A DNA stretch of 64,000 nucleotides from Kiritimatiellia bacterium (lineage in GTDB: Bacteria; Verrucomicrobiota; Kiritimatiellia; JAAZAB01): NCBI GenBank assembly GCA_040767085.1, contig JAXGPF010000007.1:96001-160000 (forward strand), given 5' to 3'. This document shows positions 30,132 to 42,163 of the stretch, in pieces. Within the stretch, counting starts at the first letter, position 1. Each line of letters starts with the position of its first letter. The notes beneath the pieces were generated by a model. The model had not been told where the DNA came from. It did no database searches and saw only the letters and a list, made by a program, of their open reading frames with translations. A program made the position numbers and the translations under genes.

Positions 30132-30397
30132 CGGCGCGGTGCGGAGACCGCGCCCTACCTCCGGAATTCGTATTCATTCTTCGGTAGGGCGGCCAGTCCC
30201 TTGGCCGCCTCATTCTTAGGCCGGGCGGCCAGTTTGCTCGGCATAGCCTTGGCAAAGCATGGGGCCATTGGCCGCCGCATTCCGCACTTTGCTGCCTGTA
30301 TTCCTCAAGAATGCGCCACGCAGTGGCGCCACTACAATTCCGGATGCGCCACGTCCTGCTTCGTCAGACTACGCAGGACACGCAGTGGCGCACTGCA
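30132..30397. repeat. Cluster of GTAG REPs of several subfamilies, two interrupted by insertions
   Basis: REPs at 30132-30158, 30184-30209, 30223-30276 (interrupted), 30311-30336 and 30344-30397 (interrupted). Confidence 0.78.
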
Positions 30398-30424
30398 GAC
30401 CGGGGAATCCGGAGAAACCCAGAT

Positions 30425-32275
30425 TCAATCCCGGCTTTCCAGGAACCCTTCCAGCTTTTGCAAGCGGCTGGGATGGCGCAATTTGCGCAGTGATTTGGCT
30501 TCGATTTGCCGAATACGCTCGCGGGTTACGGAAAACATGCTGCCCACTTCTTCCAGTGTGCGCGGGCATCCGTCATCGAGGCCGAAGCGCAACCGCAGAA
30601 CTTTCTGCTCGCGCTCGGAAAGAGTTTTCAAGACATCCTGCAAACGTTCCCGCAGCAGACTGTACGCCGTCATCTCGGATGGATTTTCCGCCGATTTATC
30701 CTCGATAAAATCGCCGAAATAAGCATCGTCGCTGTCGCCGACGGTGGCCTGAAGGGAAATTGGCTGCTGAGCCATTTTAAAGACTTCGCGCACACGCTCC
30801 ACCGGCATGCTGACTTCATCCGCCACCTCTTCCGGCGTGGGTTCGCGCCCGAAATCCTGCAGCAATTGTTTCTGCACCCGCGTCAGCTTGTTGATCGTTT
30901 CGATCATGTGGACGGGGATACGGATGGTGCGGGCCTGGTCGGCAATGGCGCGGGTGGCGGCCTGGCGAATCCACCAGGTGGCATAAGTGCTGAACTTGTA
31001 GCCGCGCTTGTATTCGAATTTTTCCACGGCCCGCATCAGGCCGGTATTGCCTTCCTGGATCAGGTCCAGAAACATCAAACCGCGGTTCATGTATTTTTTT
31101 ACGATACTGATCACCAGGCGCAGATTGGCCTCCGCCATTTCCGTGCGGGCTTTATGTCCTTTTTTCAGCCAGGATTTCAATTCACGGTATTTGGCTTCAA
31201 ATTCCTCGCAGGACATCCAATACTTGATTTCAAATTCTTTCTGGAGGGCGTTGGCTTTGGACAGGGCGGTCTTGATTTCAGACTTGTTTTTCCTGCGGCT
31301 GGATTCCAACCGCGCAATCTGGCTGCGCCACGTCTGGTATTCCCGGAAACACTCATCCGCCTGGACGACAAAGTCTTCCACCGCCTTCTGTTTGAAAAAC
31401 AGTTTGTCGAGCAATTGTCCGTATTTACGCACCAGCCGATCGAAATTTTTAGCTTCGTTGGACGTCGCGGCGCTGCCCGCCGGCCGCTGCCGCAGGGCGG
31501 CGAAGGACTTGGCGACATCCTTGTGCGCAGCGACGATTTTCTTTTTGATTTTGGGCAGAACGCGCAAATACTTATCGCGGCTGTCAACATGCTTATCCAC
31601 GATAATCCGGTCGAAACGCTCTTTGCTCCGCTCCAGCCGGACGGCCAGCGCAAAATACGAATCGATCGAAAATCCAAAGCGCTTGAAAATTTCCCGGGCG
31701 TTGATTTCTGCTTCCTCGATCCGCTTGCAGATTTCCACCTCCTGCGTGCGCGTCAGCAGGGGCACCTGCCCCATCTGGTGCAGGTAGGTGCGGATGGGAT
31801 CATCCATGACGTCGAAAGCGCGGTCCTGCTCGGCGCGTTCGTCCTTTTCCAGTTGCTTTTTGAACTGTTCGACGTTGGATGAATCGATGATCTCAATATC
31901 CATGCCGCGCAGCAGCAGCACCAACCCGTCAATCTCATCCGCATCAATCAGGTCGGTCGGCAAGGCCTCGTGGATATCGGTATAAGTCAAATAGCCTTGC
32001 TCCCGGGCAAGTTTCATCAACTCCTTGATCTTTTCGCGACGGTCTTCGCTGCTCATCTTGACGCGCAAGGGCGCGTTGGAGACGGGCGGCAATCCCTTTT
32101 TATGGGAGGATTCCGTCGCGGCGGCCGGCTTGGATTTGGTTTTACGGGACGCATCCGGCGGCGCAGCTTTGGCGGCGGCGGACGACGGCGGTTTGAGGGA
32201 GGCGGACTTGGCGGAAGACTTGCTTTTGCCGGCGGACGCCGGCGGTTTTTTTTTCTGCGTGGGCTTTTTATTCAT
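30425..32275 (-). CDS. rpoD: Primary RNA polymerase sigma-70 factor
   Basis: Region 1.1, [52 protein letters not shown]; start MNKKP at 32275; Lys/Ala/Ser-rich N-tail. Confidence 0.95.
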   Translation of the reverse strand: MNKKPTQKKKPPASAGKSKSSAKSASLKPPSSAAAKAAPPDASRKTKSKPAAATESSHKKGLPPVSNAPLRVKMSSEDRREKIKELMKLAREQGYLTYTDIHEALPTDLIDADEIDGLVLLLRGMDIEIIDSSNVEQFKKQLEKDERAEQDRAFDVMDDPIRTYLHQMGQVPLLTRTQEVEICKRIEEAEINAREIFKRFGFSIDSYFALAVRLERSKERFDRIIVDKHVDSRDKYLRVLPKIKKKIVAAHKDVAKSFAALRQRPAGSAATSNEAKNFDRLVRKYGQLLDKLFFKQKAVEDFVVQADECFREYQTWRSQIARLESSRRKNKSEIKTALSKANALQKEFEIKYWMSCEEFEAKYRELKSWLKKGHKARTEMAEANLRLVISIVKKYMNRGLMFLDLIQEGNTGLMRAVEKFEYKRGYKFSTYATWWIRQAATRAIADQARTIRIPVHMIETINKLTRVQKQLLQDFGREPTPEEVADEVSMPVERVREVFKMAQQPISLQATVGDSDDAYFGDFIEDKSAENPSEMTAYSLLRERLQDVLKTLSEREQKVLRLRFGLDDGCPRTLEEVGSMFSVTRERIRQIEAKSLRKLRHPSRLQKLEGFLESRD

Positions 32276-32371
32276 GCCATCTTCCAAGCAGGTTTTCTGC
32301 GGCGCGCGCCAGGGCGCGCCCGAACGCGGGAGCACGGCGCGGCCATCAATCATCCGTCCGAGAAAGCAAAA

Positions 32372-32444
32372 AGCCAACGGTCGGAATCGAACCGACGACC
32401 GGCGCATTACGAATGCGCTGCTCTACCAGCTGAGCTACGTTGGC
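32372..32444 (-). tRNA. tRNA-Thr(CGT), CCA not encoded
   Basis: GCCAACGTAGCTCAGCTGGTAGAGCA GCGCA-TT-CGT-AA-TGCGC ..GGTTCGATTCC..GTTGGC cloverleaf. Confidence 0.95.
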
Positions 32445-32513
32445 AAAAATCAGGGAATCATTAAAAAGGTTTTCACATGACAAGTCAATCAAAAAACGCA
32501 AGCCCTGAACCGG

Positions 32514-32554
32514 AAAACAAACGCGGGCGGCGTTGCCGCCGCCCGCGCTGTTTT
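32514..32554 (-). terminator. Rho-independent terminator after groL (possibly bidirectional)
   Basis: 11-bp stem cgcgggcggcg-ttgc-cgccgcccgcg (32522-32547) with T-rich tails on both strands. Confidence 0.8.
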
Positions 32555-32577
32555 ACTTGCCTATCTGACGGACCGGT

Positions 32578-34221
<1,644 letters not shown>

Positions 34222-34304
34222 AACTGCTGTTCTCCTTTATTGACTTTCCGCCGGGAAACCACGCGCCCGGTGGGCGCGGCAGTCCCTTTTTGGCGGAGCT
34301 TGGT

Positions 34305-34595
34305 TTAACCTTCAATCACGCCCAGGATGTCTTCCTCGCGCACGATCTGATATTCCGTGTCGTCAATTTTGACTTCCGTGCCGCCGTATTTCGGCAGCAA
34401 AACGGACTGGCCTTTCTTGACGTTCATCGGAATCAACTTGCCGTTATCATCCATTTTGCCGGGCCCCACGGCGATGACCTTGCCCTGCATCGGTTTTTCC
34501 TTGGCGGTATCCGGAATGATAATCCCGCCCTTGCTGACTTCCCCTTCCTTCATCGGCTCGATCAGCACGCGATCTCCCAACGGTTGAATCTTCAT
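34305..34595 (-). CDS. groS: Co-chaperonin GroES
   Basis: [31 protein letters not shown]. Confidence 0.97.
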   Translation of the reverse strand: MKIQPLGDRVLIEPMKEGEVSKGGIIIPDTAKEKPMQGKVIAVGPGKMDDNGKLIPMNVKKGQSVLLPKYGGTEVKIDDTEYQIVREEDILGVIEG

Positions 34596-34662
34596 ACGAT
34601 CTGCTCCCTCCTTTGTTTGTTTTGCTTGTGCAGGTTGTTACACCCACGTCCCCGGCGGCGAC

Positions 34663-36618
34663 TTATTTCTTGTCGTCCACCATTTCGAAATCCGCGTCAA
34701 TCACGCCATCGTTTTTCTTGCCGGCCGGGCCGCCGGGAGGCGGCTCTTCGGCCGGCGGCGGGGCGCCGGCCCCGCCGGCCTGCGCGCCGCCGGATGGCTG
34801 GCCGCCCGCGCCCTGCTTGGCCTGGGCGTACAGCTCCGCGGAGACCGCTTGCATTTCCTTGTTGAGTTCCTCAATGCCGGCCTTGATCTTGTCCGCGTCC
34901 TCGGCCTTGATGGCCTGTTTCAAGCGTTCGACCGCCGATTCCACCGCGCCTTTCTTGGCGGCCTCCACCTTGGCGCCGTGTTCCTTCAGGAATTTTTCGG
35001 TTTCATACACCGTGGCGTCGGCCCGGTTGCGCAGTTCCACGGCTTCGCGTTTCCGCTGATCTTCAGAGGCATGCTGCTCGGCATCCTTCACCAGTTGCTC
35101 GATTTCTTTCTTGTCGAGACCGCTGGAGGAGGTGATCGTGATTTTCTGTTCCTTGCTCGTGCCCAGATCCTTGGCGGACACATGCAGGATGCCGTTGGCG
35201 TCAATATCAAACGCCACCTCGATCTGCGGAATACCGCGCGGCGCCGGCGGAATGCCGTCCAGGTGGAACCGGCCGATGGACTTGTTGTCCCCGGCCATCT
35301 TGCGTTCGCCTTGCAGCACATGAATTTCCACGGAAGTCTGGCTGTCGGAGGCGGTGCTGAAAATTTCGCTCTTGCGCGTCGGGATGGTGGTGTTGCGCTC
35401 GATCAGCGTCGTAAACACACCGCCCAGCGTCTCAATGCCCAGGCTCAAAGGCGTGACGTCCAGCAGCAGGACATCATGCACCTCGCCCTTTAATACCCCG
35501 CCCTGGATGGCGGCGCCCACGGCCACCACCTCATCCGGATTCACGCCCTTGTGGGGCTCCTTGTTGAAAACTTCCTTCACGCATTCCTGAACCTTGGGCA
35601 TGCGCGTCATCCCGCCCACCAACACGACTTCGTTCATGCTGCCCATGTCCAGGCCGGAATCCCGGATACAGGCCTTGACCGGCCCGGCCGTCCGCGCCAC
35701 CAGCTCATCCACCAGCTGTTCCAGTTTGGCGCGCGTCAGCGTCATGTTCAGATGTTTGGGCCCCGCGGCATCCGCCGTGATGAACGGGAGGTTGATTTCC
35801 GTCTGCTGCGATGTGGAAAGCTCGCACTTGGCTTTTTCCGCGGCTTCCTTCAACCGCTGCAAGGCCATTGGATCCTTGGAAAGGTCCACGCCGTTTTCTT
35901 TTTTAAACTCCGCCACGATCCAGTCGATCACCGCCTGGTCGAAATCATCGCCGCCCAGGTGCGTGTCGCCATTGGTGGCCTTGACCTCAAAAACGCCTTC
36001 GCCAATTTCCAGGACCGAAATGTCAAACGTTCCGCCGCCCAGATCGTAGACGGCGATTTTCTCGTCTTTCTTCTTGTCCAGGCCATAGGCCAGAGAGGCG
36101 GCCGTGGGCTCGTTGATGATCCGCAAAACTTCCAAACCGGCGATTTTGCCGGCGTCCTTGGTCGCCTGGCGCTGGCTGTCATTGAAATAGGCCGGCACGG
36201 TAATCACCGCCTGGGTGATTTTTTCGCCCAGATAGGCTTCCGCATCCGCACGCAATTTCTGCAGGATCATGGATGAAATTTCCGGCGGCGAGTAAACCTT
36301 GTCGCCGGCCTTCACATGCGCATCGCCGTTGGAGGCCTTGACTACCTGATAAGGCACCAGCGCGATTTCATGCTTCACCACTTCGTCGTACTTGCGCCCC
36401 ATGAAACGTTTGATCGAATAAACCGTGTTGGCGGGATTGGTCACCGCCTGCCGCTTGGCCGCCTGACCGACCAGACGCTCCCCGCTCTTCGTGAACGCCA
36501 CAATCGACGGCGTGGTCCGCGCTCCTTCAGCATTCGGAATCACCACCGGCTCGCCGCCTTCCATGACGGCCATGCACGAATTTGTCGTACCTAAATCTAT
36601 ACCTAATACTTTGGACAT
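34663..36618 (-). CDS. dnaK: Chaperone DnaK
   Basis: [40 protein letters not shown]. Confidence 0.98.
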   Translation of the reverse strand: MSKVLGIDLGTTNSCMAVMEGGEPVVIPNAEGARTTPSIVAFTKSGERLVGQAAKRQAVTNPANTVYSIKRFMGRKYDEVVKHEIALVPYQVVKASNGDAHVKAGDKVYSPPEISSMILQKLRADAEAYLGEKITQAVITVPAYFNDSQRQATKDAGKIAGLEVLRIINEPTAASLAYGLDKKKDEKIAVYDLGGGTFDISVLEIGEGVFEVKATNGDTHLGGDDFDQAVIDWIVAEFKKENGVDLSKDPMALQRLKEAAEKAKCELSTSQQTEINLPFITADAAGPKHLNMTLTRAKLEQLVDELVARTAGPVKACIRDSGLDMGSMNEVVLVGGMTRMPKVQECVKEVFNKEPHKGVNPDEVVAVGAAIQGGVLKGEVHDVLLLDVTPLSLGIETLGGVFTTLIERNTTIPTRKSEIFSTASDSQTSVEIHVLQGERKMAGDNKSIGRFHLDGIPPAPRGIPQIEVAFDIDANGILHVSAKDLGTSKEQKITITSSSGLDKKEIEQLVKDAEQHASEDQRKREAVELRNRADATVYETEKFLKEHGAKVEAAKKGAVESAVERLKQAIKAEDADKIKAGIEELNKEMQAVSAELYAQAKQGAGGQPSGGAQAGGAGAPPPAEEPPPGGPAGKKNDGVIDADFEMVDDKK

Positions 36619-36663
36619 GGAAAATCTCCCTGATATCTTTCAAATTTAAACATTAAATAATAG

Positions 36664-36679
36664 AGCATTTATTATGCCA
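36664..36679 (-). promoter_or_regulatory. Sigma-54 (-24/-12) promoter upstream of dnaK
   Basis: Minus strand reads TGGCATAATAAATGCT (GG-N10-GC), 45 nt upstream of the ATG. Confidence 0.7.
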
Positions 36680-37134
36680 AGTCTTAACAAATCCGCCTAA
36701 AATATCTTCTTGTTATTGCTGCGCAACAATATACGCATATGCAAGCTCGCGCGATGGATTTTTTTTAAAGCTGCAAAGCGCCATTGTGTCGCATGTCGCC
36801 CCGCCGCAAGGGCAATTTGTCGCATTTTTTCGGCATTGCGGAACAGATGTTTTGAGGCGCCAATGAGTAAATTAATTTCAGGCTTCCTGACAGATGGGAA
36901 ATGTCCTGGCACATTTTTTCGCGGCTTGTCGGGCCAAACCGCCCAGAGCAGAATGTTTTTGTTTTGACTTGACCGGCGCAAGCGTATCCTGTACTTGTTG
37001 GTATAGAGGCAATCAATTTATGTAAAGGATTTTACTGGTGCTCCGCATGCCGGGCCGTCAGCCTGGTGGATGAGTCTTGGCCGTTTGGCGGACATCTGCA
37101 ATTCCGATGTAATTATTGGCACAGGAGTGATGCT

Positions 37135-37437
37135 ATGACCAAGCGTGATTTAGTTATGCGCATTTCCCAGGAAACCGGGATGATTCAGCAGGATGTGGCA
37201 GCCGTGCTGCAGAAATCGCTGGATTACATCATTGAAAGCCTGGCGCAAGGCGAAAATGTCGAATTTCGCAATTTCGGCGTCTTTGAAGTGCGCGTGCGCA
37301 AGTCGCGCATCGGCCGCAATCCGAACAAGCCCGCCAATGTCGTCACCATCCCCACCCGTAAAGTTGTGAAATTCAAAATGGGGCGGGTGATGAAGGCCAA
37401 GGTGATGAAGCCGGTGCCGGCCGGCCAGCCGGGTTGA
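37135..37437 (+). CDS. HU/IHF-family DNA-binding protein
   Basis: MTKRDLV..VEFRNFGVFEV..RIGRNP..VVKFK; AGGAG RBS. Confidence 0.92.
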   Translation: MTKRDLVMRISQETGMIQQDVAAVLQKSLDYIIESLAQGENVEFRNFGVFEVRVRKSRIGRNPNKPANVVTIPTRKVVKFKMGRVMKAKVMKPVPAGQPG

Positions 37438-37438
37438 T

Positions 37439-38710
37439 ATGGGCGCCGCCCCCATGCGATATGAAGCGCCCCGCGGCATGCGGGATTTTTACCCGGAAGA
37501 CATGTCGGCGCGCCAGGCCGTTTTCGGCGCCTGGCGCGCGGCCGCCGAGTTGTTCGGGTTTCTCCCCTACGATGCCTGCGTGGTGGAATCGCTGGACCTG
37601 CTGAAACGTAAGGGCGGCGAAGAAATCGTCGGCCAGATTTACGCCTTCCGCGACAAAAGTGACCGCGAACTGGCCCTGCGTCCGGAGATGACCCCCACCC
37701 TGGCCCGCATGATCGCCGCCCGCCAGAACTCGCTGGCGCTGCCGTTGAAATGGTTCGCCATTGCCCAGTGTTTCCGCTATGAGCGGATGAGCCGCGGCCG
37801 CAAACGCGAGCATTACCAATGGAACCTGGACATTGTCGGCGCGGACGCCATGCAGGCGGAAGCGGAAGTCATCGCGTGCGCGGCGGAAGCCCTGCGGCAG
37901 TTGGGACTGGGCCCGCAAGACGTCGCCATCCATCTTAACAGCCGGGCGCTGCTGGCGGAACTGCTGGCTGGCGCCGGTGTGCCGCCGGATTGCCACGCCG
38001 CCACCTTCCTGGCCCTGGACAAGCGCGGCAAACTTGACGATGCGGCCATCAACCAACTGCTGGCGGAAGCCGGCCTGGACGCCGCCGCCATCGCCGCGGT
38101 ATGGAAGGTGATGAACATCCGCACGCTGGCGGAGGCCGGCGCCCTGGCCGGCGCATCCTCCCCGTCCCTTGCCGGACTGCGGAATCTGCTGGAACTGCTG
38201 GACAATTACGGTTTAGCGGAAATGACGCAATTCGATATTGGCGTCATCCGCGGCCTGGGATATTACACCGGCGTGGTCTTCGAAGCATTTGACTGCCAGC
38301 GTAAATTCCGCGCCATCTTCGGCGGCGGCCGCTACGATCGCCTGCTGAGCGATTTGGGCGGCGCGGCCCTGCCGGCCGTCGGCCTGGGATTCGGCGACGT
38401 TGTGATCGCCGAATTGCTGGCCGACCGCGGCCGCCTGCCGGCCGGGCCGCCGGAAATTGCCTGCGCCGTGGGCTACATGACCGACGCGGAACGCCTGCCC
38501 GCGCTCCGGGCGGCGCGCAATCTGCGCCAGGCGGGCCTGGGCGCCGACCTGGCGCTGCACCCGGAAAAGCCGAAGTCGTTTTTCGGACGCGTCGGCCGGG
38601 GCGGATACCGCGAAGCCGTTTTCCTGGGCCCCGACGATTGCGCGCGCGGCGTGATGCGCATCAAGGACCTGCGCCTCCGCTCCGAGCGCGAGATGCCGCT
38701 GCCGGGCTGA
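37439..38710 (+). CDS. hisS: Histidine--tRNA ligase
   Basis: PRGMRDFYP, LALRPEMT, FRYER..GRKREHYQ, RGLGYYTG, GGGRYD. Confidence 0.95.
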   Translation: MGAAPMRYEAPRGMRDFYPEDMSARQAVFGAWRAAAELFGFLPYDACVVESLDLLKRKGGEEIVGQIYAFRDKSDRELALRPEMTPTLARMIAARQNSLALPLKWFAIAQCFRYERMSRGRKREHYQWNLDIVGADAMQAEAEVIACAAEALRQLGLGPQDVAIHLNSRALLAELLAGAGVPPDCHAATFLALDKRGKLDDAAINQLLAEAGLDAAAIAAVWKVMNIRTLAEAGALAGASSPSLAGLRNLLELLDNYGLAEMTQFDIGVIRGLGYYTGVVFEAFDCQRKFRAIFGGGRYDRLLSDLGGAALPAVGLGFGDVVIAELLADRGRLPAGPPEIACAVGYMTDAERLPALRAARNLRQAGLGADLALHPEKPKSFFGRVGRGGYREAVFLGPDDCARGVMRIKDLRLRSEREMPLPG

Positions 38711-38788
38711 GCCCGACGCCTTCCCCGGCAATGCGGCGAAGTGCGCGCAACCAACTGCCGGCCAATGGCCTGGAACGCTGCGTGCCGC

Positions 38789-40087
38789 TTACATCAGCGA
38801 CGGCAGCCATAAGGACAATTGCGGAAAAGCCACCAGCAGCGCCGCCGCCGCAATCAAACAGCCCAGGAACGGCAACGCGCCCTTGAACACGGTGTGCAAC
38901 CCCACGTCCCGCTCCATGCCGCTGACCACGTAAACATTGACGCCTACCGGCGGCGAAATCACGCCCATCTGCGTCACCACCACGATGATGACGCCGAACC
39001 ATATCAAATCGTAGTGCAGCGATTGGATTACCGGGTAAAAAATCGGGATCGTCAGCATGATCAATCCCAGCGCATCCACGAAACACCCGCACACCAGGTA
39101 GAACAGCACGATCAGCGCCACCACCATCCAAGGCGGCGCCGCCAGGGATGTGAGCCAGGTCGCCAGTTCGAAATGAATACGGGTCACCGCCAGGAAACGC
39201 CCGAAGATCACCGCACCCGCCACAATGATCATGACCATGCAGGAGGTCCGGGCCGTTTCCTGGAGCGAGCGGACCAGCACCGGCCAGGAAAGCCGGCGGC
39301 CGGCCAGGGCGATCAAGAGGCTGCCCGCGGCGCCGACGGCCGCCGCCTCCGTCGGCGTAAACCATCCGCCGAACATGCCGCCGATCACCATGGCAAACAA
39401 GACGACGGTTTCCGAAACGCCCAGCAGCGACCGCCAGCGCGCCCGCCAGGTGATGTTCCGCGCCGGCGGACCCAAGCCGGGCCGGCGGCGGCATTGCCAC
39501 CAGATCATGGCGCAAAATATCACCGTGATCAGCAAGCCCGGCAACACCCCCGCCATGAATAATTTGCCGATGGATTGCTCGGTCATGATCCCGTACACGA
39601 TGAACACCACGCTGGGCGGAATCAGCATGCCCAGCGTGCCGCCCGCGGCCACGGTGCCGGCGGCCAGTTCCATGTCGTAGCGGTAGCGTTTCATTTCCGG
39701 CAGGGCCACCGCCGCCATCGTCGCCGCCGTGGCCGGGCCGGAACCGCAGATGGCGCCGAAGCCCGCGCAGGCCCCCACGGTGGCCATGGCCAGGCCGCCG
39801 GGCAAGCCGCCCATCCAGTGATAGGCGGCATTGAACAAACGCCGGCTGATCCCGGCATGAAAGGCAATCTGGCCCATGAAGACAAACAGGGGAATCACCG
39901 TCAGGCTGTAAGATGACACGGTGTTGAACACGTCGGCGCAGGCCATGTTCAAGGCCGCCTGCGGCGAAACCACCGCCGCGAAACCGACCGTGCCCACCGC
40001 CAGCATGACAAACGCCACGGGCATGCTGCTTAAAAGCAGCAGGAACAGCGCCGCACAGCCGATAATACCGATTTCAATGGGACTCAA
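38789..40087 (-). CDS. TRAP transporter large permease (DctM)
   Basis: IPLFVFMG, GGTLGMLIPPS, FTPTEAA, ISPPVGVN. Confidence 0.92.
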   Translation of the reverse strand: MSPIEIGIIGCAALFLLLLSSMPVAFVMLAVGTVGFAAVVSPQAALNMACADVFNTVSSYSLTVIPLFVFMGQIAFHAGISRRLFNAAYHWMGGLPGGLAMATVGACAGFGAICGSGPATAATMAAVALPEMKRYRYDMELAAGTVAAGGTLGMLIPPSVVFIVYGIMTEQSIGKLFMAGVLPGLLITVIFCAMIWWQCRRRPGLGPPARNITWRARWRSLLGVSETVVLFAMVIGGMFGGWFTPTEAAAVGAAGSLLIALAGRRLSWPVLVRSLQETARTSCMVMIIVAGAVIFGRFLAVTRIHFELATWLTSLAAPPWMVVALIVLFYLVCGCFVDALGLIMLTIPIFYPVIQSLHYDLIWFGVIIVVVTQMGVISPPVGVNVYVVSGMERDVGLHTVFKGALPFLGCLIAAAALLVAFPQLSLWLPSLM

Positions 40088-40578
40088 GACTTGATCAACG
40101 CCTTTCCAGGATGCAGCATATGATAAAATATCACCAGCACCATCACGCCGCAGGCGCCGGCAATCACGCCGGGAATCCAGTAAATGGGGATGGGCAAAGT
40201 CGCCATCAATTCGCCGCTGGCCTTGAGTTGCATGCCGTAACGGACATTATAGACCGCTAGCAGGCCGAACAAGCCCAGCACCAGCGCGCGGTTGAAAGCA
40301 TCCAGGATGGCACGGCCGCGCCGCGATAGTTTGTGAAACAACAGTTCCACCGCCACGTGCCCCTTGACCGCCGTGGTGTACGGCAGGGCGCACACGATGA
40401 CCAGCACGCTCAGGATGCGCACAATGTCGTAACTGCCGGCAATCGGCCGGCCGCCCGCCCGCAGCAGCACATCCGCGCAGATCACCAGCATCATAGCCAC
40501 AATCGCCGCGCCGGCAATGCCCGCCAGCACCCGGACCGTCCCGCGCAGGATTTTATGATATATCTGGGTGATGGACAT
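40084..40578 (-). CDS. TRAP transporter small permease (DctQ)
   Basis: Four TM helices, ADVLLR, KGHVAVE; lies between dctP and dctM. Confidence 0.88.
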   Translation of the reverse strand: MSITQIYHKILRGTVRVLAGIAGAAIVAMMLVICADVLLRAGGRPIAGSYDIVRILSVLVIVCALPYTTAVKGHVAVELLFHKLSRRGRAILDAFNRALVLGLFGLLAVYNVRYGMQLKASGELMATLPIPIYWIPGVIAGACGVMVLVIFYHMLHPGKALIKS

Positions 40579-40631
40579 GGTCCGTTCTCCCTCTGATTTC
40601 CCCCCGGCCGGAGCTGCATGTCCGGCGCCCG

Positions 40632-41666
40632 TCAGCGGGGCGCGGGCCGCAGCATGGCTTGCAAATCGCGCAGCATGGCGGCGCCGGGCAGATTCAGCGA
40701 CTCCGTTTTGCGGACATATTTATCCAGCATCGGCTGCACGGCCGCCTGCCAGCGGGCATTTTCCTCCGGGCTTAACGGCAGGATTGAATGCCGCAGATGC
40801 TGCACGAATTGCCGGCCCTCCTCGTCCGCCGCATCCCAGGCCAGCCCGTGCCGGTTCACCCACTCCGCGCTGACTTCCGCGATGATCCGCTGCAAATCCG
40901 CCGGCAGGCTGTCCCATTTCGCCTTGTTCATCGCCGCAAATATGGCCGTGGTATGACCGATCTGCCGGGAATCAGTCACGCTGGCAATAACCTCGCCCTG
41001 CTTCCAGCCCTTGAGGGTTTCCATGGGACAGAGGGTGGCATCCACCACTCCTTTCTGCAAGGCTTCGTAAGTTTCCGGCTGGCTCATGGCCACCGGCACA
41101 CCGCCCAGGCATTCGACGATTTTCGCCGAAAGCCCGGTGGCGCGGATCTTGAGCCCGCGCATATCTTCCAGCGACTGCGCCGCGCGCTTGGCCGCCAGGA
41201 TGCCCGGTCCATGCGCATGGATGTACAGCATCTGGACATCCTTGAATTCCGCCGGCTGGTACTTTTGGAGCATGGCCATGGCGGCGCGGCTGGCGGTCAG
41301 TCCGTCCGGATACCCCAGCGGCAAATCCAGCCCCTCCATCAACGGAAAGCGCCCGCGGGTATACGCCAGGCAGCTCATCCCGATATCGGAAATCCCGTTA
41401 ACCACCCCTTCGTAACACTGCGGCGCCTGGGTCAGCGTGCCGCCGGGATACAAGGTGATTTTAACACGGCCGCCGGCGCGCTTTTCCACCTCGCGCGCCC
41501 AGGCTTCCGCCGTCTGGCATTGAATATGCGACGGCGGGAAAAAAATACTGTACGACAGCTCGACCGGCCGGGCCCCTTCCGCGCGGTCCGCCTTGCCGCA
41601 TCCGCTTAAACCAGCGGCCAGGCCGATCGCGGCGCAAAGCGCTCCAATCCGATGATGGAATCTCAT
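40632..41666 (-). CDS. TRAP substrate-binding lipoprotein (DctP)
   Basis: Lipobox [27 protein letters not shown]; alternative GTG start at 41678. Confidence 0.9.
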   Translation of the reverse strand: MRFHHRIGALCAAIGLAAGLSGCGKADRAEGARPVELSYSIFFPPSHIQCQTAEAWAREVEKRAGGRVKITLYPGGTLTQAPQCYEGVVNGISDIGMSCLAYTRGRFPLMEGLDLPLGYPDGLTASRAAMAMLQKYQPAEFKDVQMLYIHAHGPGILAAKRAAQSLEDMRGLKIRATGLSAKIVECLGGVPVAMSQPETYEALQKGVVDATLCPMETLKGWKQGEVIASVTDSRQIGHTTAIFAAMNKAKWDSLPADLQRIIAEVSAEWVNRHGLAWDAADEEGRQFVQHLRHSILPLSPEENARWQAAVQPMLDKYVRKTESLNLPGAAMLRDLQAMLRPAPR

Positions 41667-41857
41667 ACTGCTTGTCACTCCGCATTCAAATTTCGGAAAT
41701 TAAATCCTCTGCCGGCAATCCGCGAAATAAACTATGCGGCAAAACAGGCGATGTCAATCAAATGCCGGAAAAAAATGCTTGTTTCGGCCGGCGGCACCGG
41801 TTACAAATGAATGCGCGGGCCGGTGCCGGCCCGCGCTAAACTCCGCCAGCATCTGCC

Positions 41858-41934
41858 GGGCCCGTAGCTCAGTTGGTCAGAGCAGGGGACTCATAATCCT
41901 CTGGTCGCTGGTTCAAGTCCAGCCGGGCCCACCA
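41858..41934 (+). tRNA. tRNA with CAT anticodon, probably tRNA-Ile2 (lysidine type)
   Basis: GGGCCCGTAGCTCAGTTGGTCAGAGCAGGGGA-CT-CAT-AA-TCCTC..GGTTCAAGTCC..GGGCCCACCA; resembles ileX-type tRNAs; no initiator features. Confidence 0.9.
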
Positions 41935-42086
41935 TGGCAAACATCATTCGCCTGATTCACCAGACCAATTACCTTCTGGACCAGCAAATCCGGCAACTGG
42001 AAGGCGCTTTCCTGGCCGAGGACGGGCTGCGGGAGCGCATGACCCGTGCCCGCCTGGAGGCCCGTCCAAAGCCAAGGCAGCAATGA
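41934..42086 (+). pseudogene. Fragment of a four-helix-bundle 'suffix domain' protein
   Basis: Own translation: MANIIRLIHQTNYLLDQQIRQLEGAFLAEDGLRERMTRARLEARPKPRQQ*; resembles the C-terminal suffix of IVS-like four-helix-bundle proteins; N-terminal domain absent. Confidence 0.65.
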
Positions 42087-42163
42087 TCACCGTTCCGTGG
42101 CTTGGGCAACCGGCGGATGCCAATTATGTTGCAAAAATACGGCCATGCCGCCAGAATACCGCC

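Noticed and set aside
20954-30397. Recurrent 26-29-bp palindromic repeats as a CRISPR array
   Set aside because: Dispersed, in both orientations, no regular spacers, no cas genes; they fit GTAG REPs
41858-41934. tRNA-Met or fMet assignment
   Set aside because: Paired G1-C72, no initiator-type anticodon stem, and close resemblance to ileX-type tRNA-Ile2; tRNAscan-SE would settle it
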